Of a stretch of DNA of 48,935 nucleotides, positions 20,153 through 28,042 are shown one piece after another (within the stretch, counting starts at the first letter, position 1; every line of letters starts with the position of its first letter). The notes beneath the pieces are model-generated. The model had not been told where the DNA came from. It saw only the letters and a program-made list of their open reading frames with translations, and made no database searches. The DNA comes from Nitrosarchaeum sp. Lineage in GTDB: Archaea; Thermoproteota; Nitrososphaeria; Nitrososphaerales; Nitrosopumilaceae. A program made the position numbers and the translations under genes. Location: assembly GCA_016844465.1 (NCBI GenBank), contig JAERMO010000002.1:1-48935 (forward strand), read 5' to 3'.

Positions 20153-20200
20153 TTAATTTATTTTCTCCCCGAATTTAATCAAGAAGCCACTCCCAGATTC
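20153..20200 (-). pseudogene. Second C-terminal remnant similar to 19012-19195
   Basis: ESGSGFLIKFGEKIN* resembles ...GG...VKSGGKIN*. Confidence 0.45.
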
Positions 20201-20354
20201 AAAGTTAGAGTAAAACATTCCAATATATGTTCAGAAAATTATTTCTAGTCAACTAGTGATATGTCAAATTCATAAGTATACAGATTGTATTCAGAATCAG
20301 GCCTATTTTAAAGACAACCTACATTCTAATTGGATTTGACTGCTCGGAAATACT

Positions 20355-20741
20355 CTAAGAACCCATCATACCTACCATCTTTGGCAATTCTCGGTATGCT
20401 TTATTTACAAAAATATCATTATCGGCATCAATCATCACAAATTCCATTGGATTATCAGAGGGTGGGGAGAGTATGATCTTTTGGCCTGATTTTAGAGTTT
20501 TAATATCAAGTGTGTCACCTGCACCAAAATTCACATGGATGTTTGTCAATGGCTGAGAGTCAGTATTTTGAATTGTGATTCTTCCAGTTACAAAGAGGTT
20601 TTGTTTGTCAATAATAGGATCCACAAAAATATCATATTCTTGGGTAGGTACTGAAAATTTCAATATATCCAACCCAAAAACTATGGCCATAATCCCAATG
20701 ATTCCTATACCGATAGCAATAAGAATGGAATATTGTTTCAC
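20355..20741 (-). CDS. Membrane-anchored hypothetical protein
   Basis: N-terminal TM, Ig-like ITIQNTDSQPLTNI...TLKSGQK. Confidence 0.75.
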   Translation of the reverse strand: MKQYSILIAIGIGIIGIMAIVFGLDILKFSVPTQEYDIFVDPIIDKQNLFVTGRITIQNTDSQPLTNIHVNFGAGDTLDIKTLKSGQKIILSPPSDNPMEFVMIDADNDIFVNKAYRELPKMVGMMGS

Positions 20742-20895
20742 TGCAACAATATATTTTTTCTACTTATTAAGTTTCTAGGCCATTTAGAGAACATGTTTTA
20801 AATCACAATAGAAAGCTAGCTTTTCGTCATTATACATTTCATATGCAAAATATTCTAGTCACAAAAATAACTTAGAAAATCAAAGAGATTAGAAT

Positions 20896-21159
20896 CTATT
20901 TCAAATAATCGTGAGTTAATTTTGATTTTGTTTTACGCTTCATCTTTGTGGTGGTATATTGGGATATGAGAAGTGGTTCATTTAATTTGTAGAGTTGTTG
21001 TTCGACACAAAAACGCTTTTTCATTAATTCTTGTATTTGACTTTTCAAAGTATTCGAGTCCCAATCCGCATTTACTAGATCTGTTAGTACAGATACTATC
21101 TCGCGTTCAACATGAGACTTTTCTGCATGATATTTGGACTCTTGTTTGGATAATTCCAT
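20896..21159 (-). CDS. Hypothetical helical protein
   Basis: 87-aa ORF; stop codon directly abuts a repeat copy. Confidence 0.65.
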   Translation of the reverse strand: MELSKQESKYHAEKSHVEREIVSVLTDLVNADWDSNTLKSQIQELMKKRFCVEQQLYKLNEPLLISQYTTTKMKRKTKSKLTHDYLK

Positions 21160-21332
21160 GCCTTTCTAATTTTTGTAAGAATTTAAAGTCATGTGTGTTT
21201 TTCTGGAAAACACAAGGTTAGGCTTGAATCTCACAGAGTAATGTTAGGAAAATCAAAAAAAGATTAGAGTTACAATAAAAAGATAAATCATTCATTGAGG
21301 TTAAATACAAAATTTGTATTATATGAAATAGT

Positions 21333-21449
21333 ATGAAAGCGTGGAAATGTTACAGATGTGACTTGACATTTAAGGAAGAATCTCACGTCATTATGCATAA
21401 AGATATTTCAAGACATTCTTCCACACAAATAGAAATGATTTCCGCCTAG
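21333..21449 (+). CDS. 38-aa single C2H2 zinc-finger protein
   Basis: MKAWKCYRCDLTFKEESHVIMHKDISRHSSTQIEMISA fits C-x2-C-x3-F-x5-hydrophobic-x2-H-x5-H. Confidence 0.8.
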   Translation: MKAWKCYRCDLTFKEESHVIMHKDISRHSSTQIEMISA

Positions 21450-21674
21450 TGAAAATAATTTAGATTAACAATGGTTAGGAAATTAAAGATTTTAAAAAAA
21501 TTTGCAAGACCTTGAGATATTCTCATCCTCAAGGTGCGCAAAGATAGGTAAAAAAAGTAAGTCCAAAAAAACAACTTATTTCCTAAAGACTTGAAATTAA
21601 AGCTAGTTTTTTATTTATTTTCTGCACGCCCTACGTGAGTAGAAGTTAAATATTCGACTAAAATCTGCTTCATC

Positions 21675-22085
21675 ATGAGCAAACCTGCTGATCTTGGTTC
21701 ATTAAAAATTGGCTCATACATTCTATTGCCTGTCTCAGATCAACCTGATGGTGAGGCTTGCAGGATTACAGAATATGATACATCTAAACCAGGAAAACAC
21801 GGTGCAGCAAAGGCTAGGATTGTAGGTGTAGGGGTATTTGATGGAAAATCCAGACCACATGTAGGACCTGTTAGCATGCAAGTGCATATCCCACTAATAG
21901 ACAAGAGAACTGGCCAGATTATATCGATTATTGGTGATACTATCCAAGTTATGGATTCAGAAACTTTTGAGACCATTGATGTCACTTTAGTTGATTCTGA
22001 AATAAACGGAGTACTTGAAAATGGTCAAAATGTTGAATATTGGAAAGTAATGGACAGAACTAAAATAATGCGTATTAAAAGCTAA
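21675..22085 (+). CDS. eif5a: Translation factor aIF-5A
   Basis: Hypusine motif SKPGKHGAAK. Confidence 0.97.
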   Translation: MSKPADLGSLKIGSYILLPVSDQPDGEACRITEYDTSKPGKHGAAKARIVGVGVFDGKSRPHVGPVSMQVHIPLIDKRTGQIISIIGDTIQVMDSETFETIDVTLVDSEINGVLENGQNVEYWKVMDRTKIMRIKS

Positions 22086-22089
22086 TGTG

Positions 22090-22152
22090 GATGCTGATGA
22101 TGAGCGGAAAAGCCGTCTGATATTTGATGAGGATTATGAGTAATGAAGCATC
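22090..22152 (+). ncRNA. Box C/D sRNA, predicted guide for Cm34 of a CAU-anticodon tRNA
   Basis: C ATGATGA 22097-22103, D' CTGA 22117-22120, C' TTGATGA 22124-22130, D ATGA 22143-22146, terminal stem GATGCT/AGCATC. Confidence 0.85.
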
Positions 22153-22199
22153 TGTACATCTCTTCTTTGAAGATTTGTTAAATTATTTTTTTTATTAGG

Positions 22200-22889
22200 A
22201 TGAAATTAGCCGCACTTTTTTCAGGAGGGAAAGATAGTATGTATTCCATCTTCTTGGCAAAAAAACAAGGACATGAAATAAATTGCCTCTTGACTGTTTT
22301 TCCAAAATCTGATGAAAGTCACCTACTGCATCATCCAAATTTAGAATGGACACATCTGCAGTCTCAATCAATGCAAATCCCCCAATTGACAATTAGATCT
22401 AAATCGGATGAAACTGATGATGAAATAATCGCATTAGAAAAAATCCTCACTAAAGCTATAGATGAATATCAGATCGATGGAATAGTACATGGTGGCATAA
22501 AAAGTCAATTTCAAAAAGAAAAATTTGAAAATTTATGTGATAAATTAAATTTAAAATCAGTTTCGCCCGTATGGAATCATGAACCACTAGAATACATGTA
22601 TGAATTAACATCTTCAAATTTTATTTTCCTTATCACCAGCGTTTCATCTGGTGGATTAGATGATTCGTGGCTTGGTAAAAAAATTACAAAAAATGACGTT
22701 GGTGTTCTTTACAATCTATCTCAAAAATTTGGTTTTAATTTAAATTTTGAGGGAGGTGAGGCAGAAACTTTTGTAGTTGACTGCCCTCTTTTTTTACATA
22801 CAATTAAAATTAATCAGGAAAGAAAAATTTGGGATGGCTATAGAGGAAGGTTTGAAATAGTGGATGCGAGTCTAAATTATAATGCTTGA
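22200..22889 (+). CDS. dph6: Diphthine--ammonia ligase
   Basis: PP-loop LFSGGKDS, FEGGEAETFVVDCPLF. Confidence 0.9.
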   Translation: MKLAALFSGGKDSMYSIFLAKKQGHEINCLLTVFPKSDESHLLHHPNLEWTHLQSQSMQIPQLTIRSKSDETDDEIIALEKILTKAIDEYQIDGIVHGGIKSQFQKEKFENLCDKLNLKSVSPVWNHEPLEYMYELTSSNFIFLITSVSSGGLDDSWLGKKITKNDVGVLYNLSQKFGFNLNFEGGEAETFVVDCPLFLHTIKINQERKIWDGYRGRFEIVDASLNYNA

Positions 22890-24207
22890 CAGCCTAAAAA
22901 ATAACCTACGTGATGCAATCAAGAAAATAGTAAAATCTTCTGGCATCGATGAGGAACTAATCAAAGAATTATCAAAAGATGTTCAGAGGGCATTGTTAAA
23001 TTCGGATGTTAATGTTAAATTAGTTTTTGAAATTACAAAAAAATTGGAAGAACGTTCATTACATGAAACCCCCCCTCCAGGTTTATCTAGAAAAGATCAC
23101 ATTGTAAAGATTTTGTATGATGAACTCGCAAAATTACTGGGTAACGAAAGTAATTTTGATTTCAAACCTGGAAAACAAAATAAGATAATCATGCTTGGCA
23201 TTCAAGGAAGTGGAAAAACAACTGTAACTGCAAAACTTGCAAAATTTCTAACAAAACAAGGCTATGCTGTTGGCGTAGTGGGTGCTGATACCTATAGGCC
23301 TGGCGCACTAATTCAATTACGAACTATGTGTGAAAAATCTAATGTTGAAGTATATGGCGAAGAAAATAACAAGGATTCTCCCAATATTGTAAAAAATGGT
23401 TTAAACCATTTTGAAAAATTACCTCTAGATGTAATAATAATTGATACTGCTGGACGACACAAAGAAGAAAAGGATCTTTTAGCAGAAATGGAACAAATTA
23501 ACAAAGCTGCTCAACCTGATCTTGTAATACTTGTTATTGATGGGACCATCGGCCAACAATGCTTTAATCAAGCAGAAGCATTCCATAAAACAATTCCTGT
23601 GGGTGGAATTATTATTACAAAATTGGATAGTTCTGCAAAAGGAGGTGGTGCAATTGCAGCTTCTGCAGCTACCGGTGCTCAAATCATGTATATTGGAACT
23701 GGAGAGCGAATAGATGATCTAGAAAAATTTTCACCAACTCGATTTGTTGGCAGATTACTTGGAATGGGTGACATTCAAGCTATTTTAGATTTGGCAAAAA
23801 AATTAGAAAATGAAGGGGATGATATTCGATTAAAGCGAATTTCAAGCGGAAAAATGAACATGGATGATTTTTTCTATCAATTAGAAGAAGTAACTAAAGT
23901 AGGTTCACTAAAGGGATTTCTTGATAACATGCCTGGTCTTTCCGGCATGGTGAAAGATGATCAATTAGATCAGATGGAAGGCAGAGTTTCCAAATGGCGA
24001 TTTATCATACAAAGTATGACCATGTCTGAAAAAACTGATCCTGATTTGATAAATTCATCTCGAATAAAGCGAATTTCACGAGGTTCTGGTTGGCCAGAAC
24101 ACGAAGTTAAGGAGCTTCTCAAAAATTATAAAAATTCAAAAAATATGATGAAGGCATCAAAAGGGAGACAAATGCAAGGCGCACTTCGACGTATGGGATT
24201 AGGTTAG
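22882..24207 (+). CDS. srp54: Signal recognition particle protein SRP54
   Basis: [20 protein letters not shown], Met-rich M domain. Confidence 0.97.
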   Translation: MLDSLKNNLRDAIKKIVKSSGIDEELIKELSKDVQRALLNSDVNVKLVFEITKKLEERSLHETPPPGLSRKDHIVKILYDELAKLLGNESNFDFKPGKQNKIIMLGIQGSGKTTVTAKLAKFLTKQGYAVGVVGADTYRPGALIQLRTMCEKSNVEVYGEENNKDSPNIVKNGLNHFEKLPLDVIIIDTAGRHKEEKDLLAEMEQINKAAQPDLVILVIDGTIGQQCFNQAEAFHKTIPVGGIIITKLDSSAKGGGAIAASAATGAQIMYIGTGERIDDLEKFSPTRFVGRLLGMGDIQAILDLAKKLENEGDDIRLKRISSGKMNMDDFFYQLEEVTKVGSLKGFLDNMPGLSGMVKDDQLDQMEGRVSKWRFIIQSMTMSEKTDPDLINSSRIKRISRGSGWPEHEVKELLKNYKNSKNMMKASKGRQMQGALRRMGLG

Positions 24208-24241
24208 AGTCTGTTCATTTTTCTTTATTAGAAATTAAAAT

Positions 24242-25393
24242 ATGACCAATACTAAAAAAATTATTCCTATTGCAAATCAGATAATCAAAGAATATGATTT
24301 ATGTGATAGGTGTTTGGGGAGATTATTTTCTAAACAATTGAATCTCTCATCAAATAAATTGCTTGGAAAAAAATTAAAGGTAAATTTTAAGCGATTAACG
24401 TCTAAATGTTATATTTGTAAAAATCTTTTGGACAATCTTGCTCCATATCTAAAGTCAATGATTACTGCTTCACACAAATATGAATTCAACTCTATTGTTG
24501 TAGGTGCGATGATTAAACCCTCTATTATGGATAGAGATGATTACATTAGATCAAAATACAAATTGAGAGGAATTGATAGTGTTAAAACTGATATTACCAA
24601 AGAACTTGGAAAACAATTTATTAAAAAAACAAAGAAGACAATTGATTTTCTAAATCCTGATCTAACTTTTACAATAGATTTTAAAAATGATACATGTGAT
24701 CTACGTTCAAAGCCAATCATATTACATGGCAGGTATACTAAATCACAAAGAGGATTGCCACAAAAACAAAAATCATGTATTAATTGTTTTGGAAAAGGGT
24801 GCAGAAATTGCAATTTTCATGGAATATCAGAGTATGATAGTGTTGAAGGTAAAATATCACAATTCCTTTTTGAAAAATTTGGAGGAACTACTACAAAATT
24901 TACTTGGGTTGGTGGTGAGGATCAGTCCAGTCTAGTTGTAGGCTCTGGGAGACCATTTTTCGTCAAAATTCAAAATCCATTCAAAAGAGACCTCTCTCTG
25001 CCACGCAGTATGGCATTCGATTCTGTAACTATGCATGATTGCAAAATAATTTCTGAATCTCCAAAATCTCCAATAAAATTCATCTCTTCAATAGCGATGA
25101 AAATTCTCACAGAAAACGAAATTCATTCTTCAACTCTAAAAAAATTAAACGAAGTTGTTAATGGCCCTGTGGTGGTTTATGATTCATCTGGAAGACGATC
25201 TGAAAAGATAGTTTCTGATTTAAAGTATACAAAAACTAGCAAAAATTATTTTACTCTTTTTATTAAAGCAGAAGGTGGTTTGCCTGTAAAGCGATTTGTA
25301 GAAGGTGGTGATGTGATCCCTGGAATTAGTCAAATATTGAATGATAAATGTCGGTGTGTAGAGTTTGATTTTCTTGAAATTGTTCTAAAATGA
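24242..25393 (+). CDS. pus10: tRNA pseudouridine(54/55) synthase Pus10
   Basis: LCDRCLGRLF, GRYTKSQRGLPQK, GGED, GSGRPF, AEGGLPVKRFVEG. Confidence 0.88.
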   Translation: MTNTKKIIPIANQIIKEYDLCDRCLGRLFSKQLNLSSNKLLGKKLKVNFKRLTSKCYICKNLLDNLAPYLKSMITASHKYEFNSIVVGAMIKPSIMDRDDYIRSKYKLRGIDSVKTDITKELGKQFIKKTKKTIDFLNPDLTFTIDFKNDTCDLRSKPIILHGRYTKSQRGLPQKQKSCINCFGKGCRNCNFHGISEYDSVEGKISQFLFEKFGGTTTKFTWVGGEDQSSLVVGSGRPFFVKIQNPFKRDLSLPRSMAFDSVTMHDCKIISESPKSPIKFISSIAMKILTENEIHSSTLKKLNEVVNGPVVVYDSSGRRSEKIVSDLKYTKTSKNYFTLFIKAEGGLPVKRFVEGGDVIPGISQILNDKCRCVEFDFLEIVLK

Positions 25394-25429
25394 TAACAAT
25401 TAACTAATCCCTGATTTTTTAGATAAATC

Positions 25430-25531
25430 ATGCCAATTCGAAAAAAGGGGAAACATAAGAGACATGCTGATCAGAGAGCTGATCGACGTAGAAAAAAGAC
25501 TGCAAAATCAGGCAAGCCAAAATCTAGATAG
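25430..25531 (+). CDS. 33-aa highly basic peptide
   Basis: MPIRKKGKHKRHADQRADRRRKKTAKSGKPKSR, 16/33 K+R. Confidence 0.65.
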   Translation: MPIRKKGKHKRHADQRADRRRKKTAKSGKPKSR

Positions 25532-25567
25532 AATCAACCTTTTTACATTCAAATTTCTCGAGGGGAT

Positions 25568-26278
25568 ATGTTGGATCCATTAGTGCGAGTAAAAGAGGCG
25601 CATATTAAGCGATTAATCTCTGATGATGTCTACGATCTGATCGTGAGACGTTTTACTGTAATTGTCGAAGGAATTGATCGAATTGAAAAAGCTTCTGGAA
25701 TACGCTATCCTACAGCTTATGTAGAGCCATCAATTATGATATCTTCTCCAAATCCAAATTCATATGAATTTGGAATATTATTTGCCCGTACAATTCCATT
25801 ATTGTTTGATGATAAATTTCATGTTGTAATTCAGATTTCTGCACCTCTTGTTGCATATGGTCTCAAAGGAACAATTCATGCAATTTTGGCGCATGAGTTT
25901 TTACATTTTCTTGAATTAATTAGAAAAATTTCTAAAATGGATTTGATTTCAGATGAAATTACTGGAAATTTATTTGAAAGTGTTTATGCAGATGAAATGA
26001 GATTATTTGAACCAAAAGTGGTATTTAAAGACAGATCTCTATTGAATCACATCACTAAACGATTCCCATCTGGTTTCAGAGATCATAAATTAGAAGATAA
26101 AGTGATAAAATTTTGGATCGAGAAAAATCTTCCAAAAATAAATATCTCCCTTGATACTAATGTCGTTAAATTATCCGCAGAATCCTTGTCCAAAATAACC
26201 CTAGATCCAATATTTTTACAAAAAATAGAATATTTAGAACACAAGAGTCATAATATTCATAAGAAGAAACTTTATTGA
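25568..26278 (+). CDS. Hypothetical protein with HExxH zincin-like motif
   Basis: IHAILAHEFLH. Confidence 0.75.
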   Translation: MLDPLVRVKEAHIKRLISDDVYDLIVRRFTVIVEGIDRIEKASGIRYPTAYVEPSIMISSPNPNSYEFGILFARTIPLLFDDKFHVVIQISAPLVAYGLKGTIHAILAHEFLHFLELIRKISKMDLISDEITGNLFESVYADEMRLFEPKVVFKDRSLLNHITKRFPSGFRDHKLEDKVIKFWIEKNLPKINISLDTNVVKLSAESLSKITLDPIFLQKIEYLEHKSHNIHKKKLY

Positions 26279-26353
26279 TAAAATTTCATTAAATTCTAAT
26301 TTGTCTAGTATCTATCTTGTAATCGTTTAATCGGACTAAATTTTTGTATGATC

Positions 26354-26710
26354 CTATTTTTGAAAACTTACCATTATTGAATTAACTTTTGAAATTATCT
26401 TCATATAGTCTACATTTGGTTCTGTGCTTAACAAAAAGAGGTTACCTCCGAGATGCATGCTAATCAAAGTTACTTTTTCATATTCTGTAATTGATGATTT
26501 TTCTTTACCTAGCTTGTAAGAAAGATTTTGAAGCCGTGTCCATCTCTCAAAAGTATAATGAACTGACATTTTCACTTCATCCGGATTAAGCAATTTTGAA
26601 TCATCGCGATTTTTTTCTATTATTAAATCTCCTTTAGAATCTAAGATTCCAGTAAATCTAATTTGTGAATCTGATTTTAAAACTTCTTCACATAATTTTT
26701 CATAATTCAT
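26354..26710 (-). CDS. Roadblock-like (DUF6659-like) protein
   Basis: YEKLCEEVLKSDSQIRFTGILDSKGDL...LGKEKSSITEYEKV...LLSTEP. Confidence 0.8.
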   Translation of the reverse strand: MNYEKLCEEVLKSDSQIRFTGILDSKGDLIIEKNRDDSKLLNPDEVKMSVHYTFERWTRLQNLSYKLGKEKSSITEYEKVTLISMHLGGNLFLLSTEPNVDYMKIISKVNSIMVSFQK

Positions 26711-26862
26711 TTTTTCTACGTTTTTTTAATTTGAATTTATCCTATTATTACTTTTTCTTTAAATTTATAGCTGATTTTTTGATGACTTCTGTTTTCATAT
26801 ATTACAAAAATTTTAATTTTAACCTTTGAATAAAGTGATATTTGTTGTATTGAGAAAAAACT

Positions 26863-27054
26863 TTATTGATTAAATTCTGTTAATCCACATTTTCCACACG
26901 TATTTCGATCTTTATGTTTGGACATGAATACCCCCTTTCCACATCTGGAACAATTTTTTCGGGTTCTGGATATTGAATCTTTATCAACTTTGAAATATTT
27001 ATACACATTCGGGCTAGAGCCTTTTTTTCCAACCGGTCCTTTTTTTGCTGGCAT
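26863..27054 (-). CDS. rps27ae: 30S ribosomal protein S27ae
   Basis: [23 protein letters not shown]. Confidence 0.95.
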   Translation of the reverse strand: MPAKKGPVGKKGSSPNVYKYFKVDKDSISRTRKNCSRCGKGVFMSKHKDRNTCGKCGLTEFNQ

Positions 27055-27398
27055 TATTCAGATTTCTCCAACTTTGATTCACTCGTTTCTGCATTTACTG
27101 CTTCGGCAATCCTGGCTTTTGCTTTTTCCAATCTGGAAAATATTGTAGGATTAATTTGTTTTTTTGCAAGAGCTTCATCTTCATAAACATAGAAGGTTCC
27201 TGTAATGAGTGATTTTCCTACATGTGTTTTTAATCTCATGGGAATAACTACTTTGTTAAATAGTTTGAATTCCTTGGTAACCATATCTACTGCCTCAAGT
27301 TTTTTGAGTTTCCCCCCCAATCCTATAAAATTACATTCTAATTCTCGTCTGGATAAGAAGGTGTTATTTACATCATTTATCGTTTCAATAATAGACAT
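27054..27398 (-). CDS. rps24e: 30S ribosomal protein S24e
   Basis: NTFLSRRE motif; upstream of rps27ae. Confidence 0.85.
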   Translation of the reverse strand: MSIIETINDVNNTFLSRRELECNFIGLGGKLKKLEAVDMVTKEFKLFNKVVIPMRLKTHVGKSLITGTFYVYEDEALAKKQINPTIFSRLEKAKARIAEAVNAETSESKLEKSE

Positions 27399-27481
27399 GT
27401 ATCCAAAATCTTTTGTATATTTCATATAAACCTTGATTGAGATTAGAGAACAAATTTATGAAATTACAGTCAAATTCTCAT

Positions 27482-28042
27482 ATGGAAAGATACATGCTTC
27501 ATTTAAAAAACAACGAGTATCAACCTATTCATTCAAGTGATCTTGTTCATAGAGCAAGAGAACTTTGTTCGGACATGCCTGTCTCTGTTAGGGTCGCTCG
27601 AGTGGCAAGTAAATTTATTGAATTTGATGTATCTGTCGCACCTGATGAATTGGATTCCTTAATAGGAAAACTATCTTCAATTGGTAAACTAGATAATATG
27701 CGACACATAGTTGAAGAAAAAATTGATAAAGAAGAGGGTATCGCGGATGGAATTTTTTATTTTAATTCCGAAAGATTTTGGGAAAGTCATGAATCTCTAG
27801 AGGGTGTTTGGAAAAAATGTTATGGGCGAGAAAAAGAACTAGTACAAGGAATTATTCTTCTTGCAGTAGCCTTCGCTCACGCTCAAAAAAATGAGGCCAA
27901 CATTGGTCTTGGCATGCTAAGCAGGTCATTAAAAAAACTAGGCGATTCTCCTGCGATGTATGGCAAAATTGATGTTAATCTAATTCGAAATAAAATAAAA
28001 GAAATGCAAAAAGCTAATGTTCTTAGGTTATTTGAGATTTAA
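27482..28042 (+). CDS. DUF309 domain protein
   Basis: FNSERFWESHESLEGVW...QGIILLAVAFAH. Confidence 0.85.
   Translation: MERYMLHLKNNEYQPIHSSDLVHRARELCSDMPVSVRVARVASKFIEFDVSVAPDELDSLIGKLSSIGKLDNMRHIVEEKIDKEEGIADGIFYFNSERFWESHESLEGVWKKCYGREKELVQGIILLAVAFAHAQKNEANIGLGMLSRSLKKLGDSPAMYGKIDVNLIRNKIKEMQKANVLRLFEI

Larger units (their letters stand above)
12738..21271 (+). repeat. Dispersed same-orientation ~25-bp repeat family TTAGRAAATCAAAA(A/G)GAGWTTAGAAT(YTA)
   Basis: Copies at 12738-12763, 13312-13335, 13913-13955 (tandem pair), 14218-14243, 16964-16989, 18557-18571, 19548-19558 (partial), 19597-19617, 20872-20898, 21244-21271. Confidence 0.88.

Noticed and set aside
12738-21271. Repeat family as a CRISPR array
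   Set aside because: Spacing is irregular (tens to thousands of bp) with genes in between, copies are degenerate, and there are no cas genes
11748-21300. Classical tRNA-integrated island or provirus
   Set aside because: No duplicated tRNA-Tyr fragment seen, the variable region lies on the 5' side of the tRNA, and no integrase, transposase or virion genes are recognisable
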